Shown piece after piece: positions 8,955 through 20,559 of a stretch of DNA of 64,000 nt. This DNA comes from Nitrospira sp. Its GTDB lineage: Bacteria > Nitrospirota > Nitrospiria > Nitrospirales > Nitrospiraceae. The notes below the pieces were generated by a model that searched no databases, was not told the origin of the DNA, and saw nothing but the letters and a program-made list of their open reading frames with translations. Both the position numbers and the translations under genes were made by a program. Position 1 is the stretch's first letter. Each line of letters begins with the position of its first letter. The DNA is taken from assembly GCA_036984305.1 (NCBI GenBank), contig BQWY01000002.1:24151-88150 (forward strand). Direction: 5' to 3'.

Positions 8955-9806
8955 TTACGAAAAACTCACCAGCACCGGCGTCGCTTCGCTCGTCTCCTCC
9001 ACCCGCGTTCCGCTCCCACGCCCTACGTGCGAACCATGGCGCATGAGGAAGTGAATGATGTGGTTGCGGATCTTGTAGTAATGCGGATGCTCGATGATCG
9101 ACTCGCGAGAGCGAGGTCGCGGGATCGTGACTTCAACGATCTCGGCCACGCGCGACGCGGGTCCATTGGTCATCAGAAGAATCCGGTCTGACAGAAGAAT
9201 GGCTTCATCGACGTCATGGGTCACCATGAACACGGTGTTCCGGGAGCTGTTCCACATTTGAATCAGTTCTTCTTGGATGACCCCCCGCGTCAGGGCGTCG
9301 ATCTGCGCAAAGGGTTCGTCCAGCAAGAGCACCTTTGGCTCAATCGAAAAGGCACGAGCCAGACCGACCCGTTGCTTCATTCCTCCCGACAACGCCGCCG
9401 GACGCTTGGCCTCCGCCCCCTTCAGCCCGACTAACGAAATGTATTTATGCACGTGATCTGCCACCTGGGCATGACTCCAATTTGGATACGCCGACCGGAC
9501 GGCCAAGGCGATGTTTTCGAAGACGGTCATCCACGGCATCAACGAGAAGTTCTGGAATACCACCATTCGATCAATGCCCGGACCAATCACCTCCTTGCCT
9601 TGAAGAATGATGCCGCCCTCGGAGGCGGTTTCAAGGCCGGCGATAATGTTCAGTAGCGTGCTCTTGCCACAGCCGGAATGGCCGATGACGGTGACGAATT
9701 CGCCCTGCTCGATTTTGATCGTCACGTCCTTGAAGATGCATACGTCGCCATCCCCCGAAGTACTGGGAAAAAACTTGCTGACATGGTCGATTTGTAGAAA
9801 TGACAT
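8955..9806 (-). CDS. ABC transporter ATP-binding protein (NrtD/CynD-type, nitrate/nitrite/cyanate family)
   Basis: Walker A GHSGCGKST, signature LSGGMKQR, Walker B LLLDEP. ATG 9806 is preceded by AGGAG and lies 2 nt after the permease stop. Confidence 0.88.
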   Translation of the reverse strand: MSFLQIDHVSKFFPSTSGDGDVCIFKDVTIKIEQGEFVTVIGHSGCGKSTLLNIIAGLETASEGGIILQGKEVIGPGIDRMVVFQNFSLMPWMTVFENIALAVRSAYPNWSHAQVADHVHKYISLVGLKGAEAKRPAALSGGMKQRVGLARAFSIEPKVLLLDEPFAQIDALTRGVIQEELIQMWNSSRNTVFMVTHDVDEAILLSDRILLMTNGPASRVAEIVEVTIPRPRSRESIIEHPHYYKIRNHIIHFLMRHGSHVGRGSGTRVEETSEATPVLVSFS

Positions 9807-9808
9807 GG

Positions 9809-10789
9809 TTACTCCTGATAGGTGACGAAGCCCGCCAGCTTGTTGAATCCTGCATCCAGAATGACGCCGACACATCCGACCACGAGAATTGCGAAGATGA
9901 CCCCGGAAATGTCCAGATTATTCCATTCGATCCAGCTCAGATAGCCGACGCCCAATTCCCCCAGCAGCATCTCGGCAGGGACCACCGCAACGAGCGCGCT
10001 TCCGAATGCGATCCGCAGACCGTTGATGATCGTGGGCGCCGCCCCCGGGAGAATGACCGTAAAGAGCCGCTTGAACCAGGAGAGTTGTAGAATGGATGCG
10101 ACGTGCAAGTAGTCCTTCCTGAGCGCATTCACTCCGAACGCTGTCGTGGCCAAGGTTGGCCACACGGCCGCCATGAAGACGACCAGAATGGCCGTCCACT
10201 TGGGATCCTTCACCGTGTACAGCATCAACGGCATCCAGGCCAACGGCGAGATCGGCTTGAGAATCTGGATGAACGGGTTGACCGCCTTGAACAGAACTTT
10301 GTTGAGGCCAAGAAAGACACCCACCACGATGGCAACAATCGAAGCGGCAAGAAATCCGGCGCCGAATCGCGAGACGGTGTAGAGCACTAAGTAGGCGATT
10401 CCATGATCGTTCGTGCCCTTCTTGGTAAAGGCCTCACCGAGTTCCTCACGAGCTTTGACGATGACCGCGTAGGGCCCCGGCACCCCTTTGACCTTTTCCT
10501 TTTCCGGATTCCAGACATAGACTCCGTCCGAACCGCGTACGATGTCGCCGTTGAATTCCATCAGCATGAGTTGCTCGTCGTTTAGCCCCGTCGCATCGAA
10601 CGGCGCCCGCACAGTCGCGAGATGCCATGCCGCCAGAAACACGGCCAGGAGGAAGAGTGTAATGATCCATGGACTATCCTTCGCCTGTCGGGTCATGGCG
10701 GCGCTCACGGTTTTCTTCGCCGTGGGGCGACATTCCGCCTCAACGCTTCCCAACGAGGCATGTCCTGCGTCGGCTATCTCCGTCAACAT
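9809..10789 (-). CDS. ABC transporter permease (NrtB/CynB-type)
   Basis: Polytopic BPD-type permease. ATG 10789 is preceded by AAGGAAGG. The 512-aa ORF N-terminus overlaps the binding-protein gene and looks non-coding. Confidence 0.85.
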   Translation of the reverse strand: MLTEIADAGHASLGSVEAECRPTAKKTVSAAMTRQAKDSPWIITLFLLAVFLAAWHLATVRAPFDATGLNDEQLMLMEFNGDIVRGSDGVYVWNPEKEKVKGVPGPYAVIVKAREELGEAFTKKGTNDHGIAYLVLYTVSRFGAGFLAASIVAIVVGVFLGLNKVLFKAVNPFIQILKPISPLAWMPLMLYTVKDPKWTAILVVFMAAVWPTLATTAFGVNALRKDYLHVASILQLSWFKRLFTVILPGAAPTIINGLRIAFGSALVAVVPAEMLLGELGVGYLSWIEWNNLDISGVIFAILVVGCVGVILDAGFNKLAGFVTYQE

Positions 10790-10827
10790 TCCGACCTTCC
10801 TTTCTGTTTCATTCGACAGCATGCCGC

Positions 10828-12162
10828 TCACGCCATGCTGTGAATGGAAAATCCCTTCAGATACTCCTCCGGCTTGGCTGGATCGAACTCCTTCCCCATA
10901 ATGACGTGCTTCATCGTCGTGGCTTGATGCGTCTGATAGCCGAGTTCTTTTGCGACTCGATCGCAATCCGCCGCGCGATAGACTTGCTCGGCGACCTTCG
11001 CATAGTCCACATCGCCTTTGAGATGCCCCCATCGCTTCATTTGGGTCAAAATCCAAATCGCCATCGAATGCCAGGGGTAGGGATCGAAGTCGATTCGATT
11101 GGGCTCTTTTCGAATATGCCCCAGGCCGTCGGCGTAGGTACCGGTCAGTACTTGCTCCAGCACAGTCACCGGTTGATTCAGATAGTTCGTCGGCGCAATC
11201 GCCGCCGCGATTTCCTTTCGATGGGACGGATCGGACGCGTAGTGCGTGGCGTCCACGATGGCTCGAAACAAAGCGTGAAACGTGTTGGGGTACTTTGTCG
11301 CAAATTCCTTGGATACCGTGAAGGCGCAGCAGGGATGCCGGTCCCATATTTCTTTCGATAGCTTAAAGAGGAACCCGACATTCTCGTAGACCGCCCGTTG
11401 ATTGAAGGGATCGGGTGCCAAATAACCGTCCACATTGCCTGCCTTGAGATTCGCCACCATTTCAGGTGGGGGCACCACTCGTATCTGCACATCCTTGTCG
11501 GGGTGCACACCCCCTTCCGCCAAAAAATACCGTAGCAAATAGTTGTGCATGGAGTAGTCGAATGGCACACAGAATCGAAACCCCTTCATATCGGCGGCGG
11601 TCTTTACGTTCTTGTGTTTGATGTGCAGCGTGATGGCTTGGCCGTTGATGTTCTCAACGGCCGGCATGTAGAAGGGCTTGGGGACGGAACCGGCCCCCAG
11701 CGTGATCGCCAAGGGCATAGGGGTCAGCATATGGGCCGCGTCGACGTCCCCGTTAATCGCCCAATCCCGCACCATCGCCCACCCCGCTGCGCGCTTCACC
11801 GATGCATTCAAGCCGTATTTCTTATAGAACCCCAGGGGTTCGGCCATGATGATGGGGGTGGCGCATGTGATGGGGATGAACCCGATCGTCAGGTCTTTCT
11901 TTTCCGGCTTCCCTCCCGCATCCGCCGCAAAGGCCACCAACCGGCTCAGTGGAAAGACCTCCGCGATACACGCCGTCACTACGGCCCGGCCCATCAGTTC
12001 AAGTACTCGGCGCCGACCCGGATCCGCGGCAGCCAACACCGCCGAGGTCACAACGTGTTCGAGACCCGCCCGATAGCGCTCGTCTGTGGATTGAACCGAA
12101 TGAGATTGTGTCTCTCCTGCACCGTCATTCTCGTGTCTCAGGACGTCGTTCATGGGATCCAT
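10828..12162 (-). CDS. periplasmic substrate-binding protein, NrtA/CmpA/CynA family, Tat signal
   Basis: GRRRVLELMGRAVV twin-arginine signal. NrtA-like core (TIGFIPITCATP..., DGYLAPDPFNQRAV, HPCCAF). ATG 12162 is preceded by GAGGAG. Confidence 0.87.
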   Translation of the reverse strand: MDPMNDVLRHENDGAGETQSHSVQSTDERYRAGLEHVVTSAVLAAADPGRRRVLELMGRAVVTACIAEVFPLSRLVAFAADAGGKPEKKDLTIGFIPITCATPIIMAEPLGFYKKYGLNASVKRAAGWAMVRDWAINGDVDAAHMLTPMPLAITLGAGSVPKPFYMPAVENINGQAITLHIKHKNVKTAADMKGFRFCVPFDYSMHNYLLRYFLAEGGVHPDKDVQIRVVPPPEMVANLKAGNVDGYLAPDPFNQRAVYENVGFLFKLSKEIWDRHPCCAFTVSKEFATKYPNTFHALFRAIVDATHYASDPSHRKEIAAAIAPTNYLNQPVTVLEQVLTGTYADGLGHIRKEPNRIDFDPYPWHSMAIWILTQMKRWGHLKGDVDYAKVAEQVYRAADCDRVAKELGYQTHQATTMKHVIMGKEFDPAKPEEYLKGFSIHSMA

Positions 12163-12242
12163 TGTCGTTCTCCTCGCCACGTTTGAGCTGTTGGTTGCGT
12201 GGCTTCTGTTCAACCTCCATCCCGCACTTCCGCCACACCCAC

Positions 12243-12284
12243 AAAAAAAAAGCGTCCCTATTCCCTTCAGGGGAACAAGGACGC
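12243..12284 (-). terminator. intrinsic terminator A in the 5' leader of the ABC-cynS unit
   Basis: Minus strand: GCGUCCUUGUUCCC-CUGAA-GGGAAUAGGGACGC followed by U9. Confidence 0.8.
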
Positions 12285-12292
12285 CGTCGTCC
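12279..12292 (-). promoter_or_regulatory. GGAC-GACGGC-GUCC hexaloop hairpin overlapping the 5' arm of terminator A (candidate antiterminator P2)
   Basis: Read directly. Its 3' arm GUCC is part of the terminator A stem. Loop has G1 and G4. Confidence 0.55.
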
Positions 12293-12315
12293 AAAGGCGG
12301 AGGCTTCGTGCCCCC

Positions 12316-12335
12316 GTGAGACTTCAGTGTCTCAC
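12316..12335 (-). promoter_or_regulatory. GUGAGAC-ACUGAA-GUCUCAC hexaloop hairpin (candidate ANTAR P1)
   Basis: Perfect 7-bp stem. Hexaloop has A1 and G4. Lies 23 nt upstream of the P2 hairpin at 12279..12292. Confidence 0.55.
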
Positions 12336-12342
12336 ATCGCCC

Positions 12343-12387
12343 AAAACTAAAAAGGCGTCCGCCATTCTTACACGAATGACGGACGCC
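12343..12387 (-). terminator. intrinsic terminator D downstream of glnA
   Basis: Minus strand: GGCGUCCGUCAUUC-GUGUAA-GAAUGGCGGACGCC followed by UUUUUAGUUUU. About 125 nt after the glnA stop. Confidence 0.75.
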
Positions 12388-12396
12388 TTTGTCCGT
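12379..12396 (-). promoter_or_regulatory. ACGGAC-AAAGGC-GUCCGU hexaloop hairpin overlapping the 5' arm of terminator D
   Basis: 6-bp stem. Hexaloop has A1 and G4. Mutually exclusive with the terminator D stem. A TATAAC -10-like hexamer lies at 12405..12410. Confidence 0.55.
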
Positions 12397-12515
12397 GACC
12401 TATTGTTATAGTGTGCCGTTAGTCCGGCGTCGTTGCCAAACCACGACCTATGGTGGGGAGCTTACCACAGCTTCTCTCGACTCGTCAACCTACTTAATCT
12501 CCCCCGTAAACCCGC

Positions 12516-13925
12516 CTATACATCGTAGTACAGGTAGTATTCATACGGCACCGGTCGCAAGCGCATGGGATCGACTTCCTTGGCGCGCTTGTAGCCAATC
12601 CAGGCCTCGATCAGATCTTCGCTGAAAACACCGCCCTTGAGCAGGAATTGGTGATCCTTCTCCAAGTTGCGCAACGACTCTTCCAGGCTGCCCGGCATGG
12701 TCGGGATCTTCGCCGCTTCCTTGGCCTCGAGGTCGTAGAGGTCCTTTTCGGCCGGTTCTCCGGGATTGATCTTGTTTTCGATGCCGTCGAGACCCGCCAT
12801 CAACATGGCTGAAAACGCCAGGTACGGGTTGCAGGATGGATCCGGAAAGCGCACCTCGATGCGTTTGGCCTTCGGACTCGGCGAATACATCGGTATTCTG
12901 ATCCCTGCCGAGCGATTACGGCTGGAGTAGGCCAGCAACACCGGCGCCTCGAAGCCGGGCGTCAGGCGCTTATACGAGTTGGTCGAAGGATTGGTGAAGG
13001 CCGCCAACGCGGGAGCGTGCTTCAAGATCCCGCCGATATAATACAGGCAGAGTTGCGAGACGCCCGCATACTCCTTGCCCGCGAACAACGGCTTCCCGTC
13101 TTTCCAAATGCTCTGATGCGTGTGCATACCCGACCCATTGTCCCCGAATATGGGTTTCGGCATGAAGGTCACGGTCTTCCCATGCCGGCGGGCTACGTTC
13201 TTGACGATATACTTATACATCATCATTTTGTCGGCCGTGCGCAGCAGCGAATCGAACCGGATATCGATCTCCGCCTGACCCGCCGTGGCCACCTCGTGGT
13301 GGTGCTTCTCGATCTGGATTCCGGCCTTTTCCATTTCCAAAATCATCTCGCTGCGGATGTCCTGCTGCGTATCGGTCGGGGCCACCGGGAAATAGCCTTC
13401 CTTATGGCGGATCTTCCCGCCCAAATTTGGGCCTTCCTGCCCGCTGTTCCAGATGCCCTCCTCCGAATCGACAAAGTAGTATCCGCTATGGCTGGTTTGA
13501 TCGTAGCGGGCCTGGTCGAAGATGAAGAACTCGGCCTCGGGGCCCCAATACGAGATGTCTCCGATCTTGGTGCTTTGCAAATGTTTCTCGGCCTTTTGGG
13601 CCACGTACCGCGGATCGCGATCGTACATTTCCCTCGTGATGGGATCCAACACGTTGCCGACCATGCTCAAGGTCGGGACCGTGCAGAACGGATCCAAACA
13701 GGCGGTCGCCGGATCGGGAATCAGCAACATGTCGCTGTTGTTGATAGCCTTCCAGCCGCGGATGGACGATCCGTCCAGGCCGGAGCCGTCTTTGAACAGC
13801 CCTTCGGTCAATTCCCCGACGGGAATGCTGAAATGCTGCCACGTCCCAATCAAATCGATGAACTTGAGATCGACGACTTGTACCTTGTTCTTCTTCGCGA
13901 GCTCCATCACTTCCTTGACCGTCAT
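12516..13925 (-). CDS. glnA: glutamine synthetase type I
   Basis: 469 aa from ATG 13925 (AAGGAGG upstream). GSI motifs FDGSSI-like (LDGSSIRGW), [32 protein letters not shown]. Confidence 0.95.
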   Translation of the reverse strand: MTVKEVMELAKKNKVQVVDLKFIDLIGTWQHFSIPVGELTEGLFKDGSGLDGSSIRGWKAINNSDMLLIPDPATACLDPFCTVPTLSMVGNVLDPITREMYDRDPRYVAQKAEKHLQSTKIGDISYWGPEAEFFIFDQARYDQTSHSGYYFVDSEEGIWNSGQEGPNLGGKIRHKEGYFPVAPTDTQQDIRSEMILEMEKAGIQIEKHHHEVATAGQAEIDIRFDSLLRTADKMMMYKYIVKNVARRHGKTVTFMPKPIFGDNGSGMHTHQSIWKDGKPLFAGKEYAGVSQLCLYYIGGILKHAPALAAFTNPSTNSYKRLTPGFEAPVLLAYSSRNRSAGIRIPMYSPSPKAKRIEVRFPDPSCNPYLAFSAMLMAGLDGIENKINPGEPAEKDLYDLEAKEAAKIPTMPGSLEESLRNLEKDHQFLLKGGVFSEDLIEAWIGYKRAKEVDPMRLRPVPYEYYLYYDV

Positions 13926-13948
13926 TACGCCCCTCCTTTTCAAGACCG

Positions 13949-17034
<3,086 letters not shown>

Positions 17035-17071
17035 TCAACTGCACACCAGCCCGACCTTGCATCGCGCCGCA

Positions 17072-18424
17072 CTACGAGTAGGCTCGTTCATTGTGTCCGG
17101 ACAAATCCAACCCGCTGGCCTCTTCGTCCGGTGTCACGCGCAATCCGACTGCTCCATCGACCACTTTCAGGAGGATATACGTCACAATGATCGAAAAGAC
17201 GGTGACTGCGCACACGGTGAGAGCCTGAACACCGAAGAATGCCGCACCACCGAAGAACAACCCGTCGGCCCCTCCGGCATTAACGGCTTTGGAAGCGAAC
17301 AAGCCTGTGGCGAGAATACCCAAGATGCCGCCTACGCCGTGGATGCCCACCACGTCAAGCGCGTCATCATAGCCGAACTTCCCCTTCCAAACAATTGCCA
17401 AGTAGCACAGGCACGCTCCAATGGCTCCGATCAGGATGGACGAAAATGGCCCGACGTAACCGGCCGCGGCCGTCACCGTGGTTAGCCCGGCGACCGCTCC
17501 GCTCGCCATCCCGAGCACGGTTGACTTCCCGCGGTGTTTCCACTCCACGAACATCCACATGAGCCCGCCTGACGCTGCTCCGAGGTGCGTCGCGACGAGC
17601 GCGGTCACCGCCACCCCATTGGCCCCAAGGGCCCGTCCCGCATTGAGCCCGAACCAGCCGAACCACAGCAATCCTGCTCCCAGTAACGTTAAGGGAAGGT
17701 TATGTGGGGCAATGTAGTCGGTACGATAGCCACGCCGCTGCCCAAGTACCAACGCACACACGAGCGCGGCCACGCCCGAGTTGATGTGCACCACGGCCCC
17801 CCCGGCAAAATCCAGCGCGCCCAGCTTGCTCAGCCAGCCCCCACCCCATAGCCAATGGGCAACCGGCGCATAGACGATCAGCGACCAGAGGAGGGCAAAC
17901 AACAACATGGCGCTGAAACGAACACGCTCGGCAAGCGCCCCGCTAATCAACACGGGGGTGAATGCCGCAAGCATGAGTTGGAACAGCATAACGGCCTGAT
18001 GGGGTACGGTCGGCCCATACGTCCGGTGCGGGTCCAACCCCACGCCGGAAAGGAACATCCATTCAAGACTTCCGATCATTCCTCCAAGGTCGGTGCCGAA
18101 CGTGAGCGTGTAGCCGACCACGACCCATGCCAGTGATACCGCGCAAAGAATACTGAGGCCATGCATGATGGTGGCCAGCGCATTCTTTTTTCTGACGAGC
18201 CCCCCGTAGTACAGTGCGAGGCCCGGCACGATCATGACCAGCACGAGCGCCGTCGAGGCCAGCATCCATGCCGTGTCACCGCTATCAATGTTCGGTCCCC
18301 CGCTCCCGGGTTGGCCGGATTGCGCCCACGCTGTATCACCGCCCACTCCCGCTATCAGCAGCCCCACCAGTCCCCCCACGCTTGCCAGGGCAAGACCGTC
18401 TGCCGTACGCCGATGGAGTCTCAC
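17072..18424 (-). CDS. amt: ammonium transporter with signal peptide
   Basis: 450 aa. Amt motifs LYYGGLVRKKNALAT, DFAGGAVVHINSG, DDALDVVGIHGVGG. GTG start preceded by GGGAGGA. Confidence 0.92.
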   Translation of the reverse strand: MRLHRRTADGLALASVGGLVGLLIAGVGGDTAWAQSGQPGSGGPNIDSGDTAWMLASTALVLVMIVPGLALYYGGLVRKKNALATIMHGLSILCAVSLAWVVVGYTLTFGTDLGGMIGSLEWMFLSGVGLDPHRTYGPTVPHQAVMLFQLMLAAFTPVLISGALAERVRFSAMLLFALLWSLIVYAPVAHWLWGGGWLSKLGALDFAGGAVVHINSGVAALVCALVLGQRRGYRTDYIAPHNLPLTLLGAGLLWFGWFGLNAGRALGANGVAVTALVATHLGAASGGLMWMFVEWKHRGKSTVLGMASGAVAGLTTVTAAAGYVGPFSSILIGAIGACLCYLAIVWKGKFGYDDALDVVGIHGVGGILGILATGLFASKAVNAGGADGLFFGGAAFFGVQALTVCAVTVFSIIVTYILLKVVDGAVGLRVTPDEEASGLDLSGHNERAYS

Positions 18425-18495
18425 ATCGTCCTCCCTTCAGACACGCATCATTCAGGTGAGAAACGGGGCCTAGCCCTCGCCGGGGCCACCTGCCT

Positions 18496-20280
18496 CTAGC
18501 GTTCCTCCCGGTATCGGTTCGTGATCGGCATTCGCCGATCCTTACCTAATCCGCGGTGAGTAATCTTGATTCCTACCGGTGCCTGCCGGCGCTTGTACTC
18601 GCTCCGGTCGACTTGCGCGACAACATGCTCCACCGTGTCACGCGCAAATCCCATTCCGACCATCTCATCGACCGAACAATCGTCTTCTACATAGGCCTTG
18701 AGAATTGGGTCCAAGACCGCATAGGGCGGCAAGGAATCTTCATCGCGTTGGTCTGGACGAAGCTCGGCGGTCGGCGGACGATCCAGGATCCGTTTGGGAA
18801 TCACGGGATTCGCTTCGTGTTCGTTCCGCATCCGGGCCAGCTCGTACACGAGAGTTTTCGGTACGTCCTTGATGACGGCAAATCCACCTGCCATGTCGCC
18901 GTATAACGTCGCGTAGCCGACGCTCATCTCGCTCTTGTTGCCGGTGGTCAACACGAGATGTCCGAACTTGTTGGAGAAGGCCATCAGGAGATTGCCTCGG
19001 ATCCGCGCCTGCAGATTTTCTTCCGTCACATCGGATTGACACCCCTCGAAGGATGACGCCAGTGACTTCCGGTACGCCTCGAAGACCTGGGTGATCGGGA
19101 GCGAGCGGCATTCGATCCCAAGCCGGCGCGCCAGCGCGGCAACGTCCTCGTGGCTCTCCTCGGAGGTATAGGGAGACGGCATAAACAAAGCCAGTACGTT
19201 ACCTGGACCGAGCGCGTCCGCGGCAATGGTCGCCGTGAGCGCGGAATCCACCCCGCCGCTCACCCCAATGACCACACGCCGAAAGCCGTTTTTCCTCACG
19301 TAGTCACGGACTCCAACCACGAGGGCACGATAGACCTCGGCCAAAGGGGTCAATAGTGGAGTCTGGGCCGCCACGAGCCTCGGCCGCTTTACCGACGCCG
19401 GCTGCGTGCTCGGCAACAGCAGCCTTTCCACGCCCACATGCCGGCGTCCCATCGCGGCCTTGCGCGATCCCTGTCCGATGCGGCCGCGTCCGACAGGTTG
19501 CGCGTTCACATCAGCGAGGAGGAAATCCTCCTCGAATGCTTTTGCTCGCGCGATCACCTCGCCCGTCTGGTCGAGGATCACACTGTTTCCATCGAAGACG
19601 AGCTCGTCTTGTGCCCCGACGATGTTCGTGTATGTCACGATGACGTGATGATCCCGAGCACGCGTGGCCAACATCTGCTCACGCTGGCGGCTCTTGCCCA
19701 TGTGGAACGGGGACGCGTTAATATTTACGATGATTTCGGCCCCGGCTGCCGCCTGGGCTTTCGTGGGCCCTTCCGGGAGCCAGATATCCTCGCAGATATT
19801 CACGCCCAGACAGGTCCCATTGAGCATCAAAACCGGAACCCGGCTGCCGGGCATGAAGTAGCGGTTTTCATCGAACACCCCGTAGTTCGGCAGGTGTTGC
19901 TTGGCGTACACGGTGACCAATTGCCCATTGACGATCACAGCCGCGGCGTTATACAGCGCGCCTCGCCCTGACGGTAGCGAGACAGCTCGCCGAGACGACG
20001 CCGAAGGCTCCAGTTCCTGTCCCACATAGCCAACCACGACGGCGAGATCGCGGCATTGCGGTATCAGTTTCTCGAGTGCCAGTCGCGTGTCCTCGATGAA
20101 ACGCGGTTTGAGTAACAGATCTTCCGGCGGATATCCCGTCAATCCCAACTCGGGAAAGGCCACCAGATCGGCATTGGCTTTTCGTGCTTCCTTGATCCAT
20201 CGTTCAATTGCAGCGAGGTTACCCGTGAGATCTCCCACGGTCGGATTCATCTGCGCCATCGCGATCCGGAAGAGCCGCAT
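18496..20280 (-). CDS. nadE: glutamine-dependent NAD+ synthetase (nitrilase/CN-hydrolase domain plus NAD synthetase domain)
   Basis: ATG 20280 is preceded by AAGGAG. N-terminal CN-hydrolase (FPELGLTGYPPEDL, ICEDIW). C-terminal SGGVDS PP-loop. The upstream part of the 666-aa ORF covers the leader and terminator and is not coding. Confidence 0.9.
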   Translation of the reverse strand: MRLFRIAMAQMNPTVGDLTGNLAAIERWIKEARKANADLVAFPELGLTGYPPEDLLLKPRFIEDTRLALEKLIPQCRDLAVVVGYVGQELEPSASSRRAVSLPSGRGALYNAAAVIVNGQLVTVYAKQHLPNYGVFDENRYFMPGSRVPVLMLNGTCLGVNICEDIWLPEGPTKAQAAAGAEIIVNINASPFHMGKSRQREQMLATRARDHHVIVTYTNIVGAQDELVFDGNSVILDQTGEVIARAKAFEEDFLLADVNAQPVGRGRIGQGSRKAAMGRRHVGVERLLLPSTQPASVKRPRLVAAQTPLLTPLAEVYRALVVGVRDYVRKNGFRRVVIGVSGGVDSALTATIAADALGPGNVLALFMPSPYTSEESHEDVAALARRLGIECRSLPITQVFEAYRKSLASSFEGCQSDVTEENLQARIRGNLLMAFSNKFGHLVLTTGNKSEMSVGYATLYGDMAGGFAVIKDVPKTLVYELARMRNEHEANPVIPKRILDRPPTAELRPDQRDEDSLPPYAVLDPILKAYVEDDCSVDEMVGMGFARDTVEHVVAQVDRSEYKRRQAPVGIKITHRGLGKDRRMPITNRYREER

Positions 20281-20352
20281 GGTACTCCTTCGAAACTCCC
20301 GTGACCGACTCCATTTCCTGAGCGACCGGACGTGTCGCCGTCCTGCACGAAC

Positions 20353-20399
20353 AAAAAAAAACGTCCTTGATTCCCAGACGATTGGGAACCCAAGGACGT
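20353..20399 (-). terminator. intrinsic terminator B in the nadE leader, downstream of ureD
   Basis: Minus strand: ACGUCCUUGGGUUCCCA-AUCGUC-UGGGAAUCAAGGACGU followed by U9-10. Confidence 0.85.
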
Positions 20400-20407
20400 C
20401 ATTGTCC
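20394..20407 (-). promoter_or_regulatory. GGAC-AAUGAC-GUCC hexaloop hairpin overlapping the 5' arm of terminator B (candidate P2)
   Basis: Read directly. Loop has A1 and G4. Its 3' arm is the first part of the terminator B stem. Confidence 0.6.
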
Positions 20408-20435
20408 GTGGTTATGTCGTACCGACACCCTGATC

Positions 20436-20451
20436 GAGACGCCTTTGTCCC
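20436..20451 (-). promoter_or_regulatory. GGGAC-AAAGGC-GUCUC hexaloop hairpin (candidate P1)
   Basis: 5-bp stem including one G-U pair. Loop has A1 and G4. Lies 28 nt upstream of P2 and 15-20 nt downstream of the TATAAC -10. Confidence 0.55.
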
Positions 20452-20466
20452 AGGACGGTAGCAGGC

Positions 20467-20496
20467 GTTATAGCAGCCTCCCTCGCTCATTGTCAA
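20467..20496 (-). promoter_or_regulatory. sigma70-type promoter for the nadE unit
   Basis: Minus strand: TTGACA-18 nt-TATAAC. Located between the ureD stop (20560) and the leader hairpins. Confidence 0.6.
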
Positions 20497-20559
20497 TCAA
20501 GGCATGCCGTATCCTTACGCAGGGACACGTACGGGTCGAATGCTGCTGGGTGCCACCAG

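Noticed and set aside
10790-11347. Over-extended 5' ends of several minus-strand ORFs: permease 9809..11347, binding protein to 12294, glnA to 14018, nadE to 20496, ureG to 22403, urtD to 27590, aroB to 36870, rpsH, rpsS, rplP and others.
   Set aside because: In each case an internal ATG or GTG with a good SD, or with a stop/start overlap, coincides with the conserved N-terminus. The upstream extension overlaps the preceding gene or a terminator.
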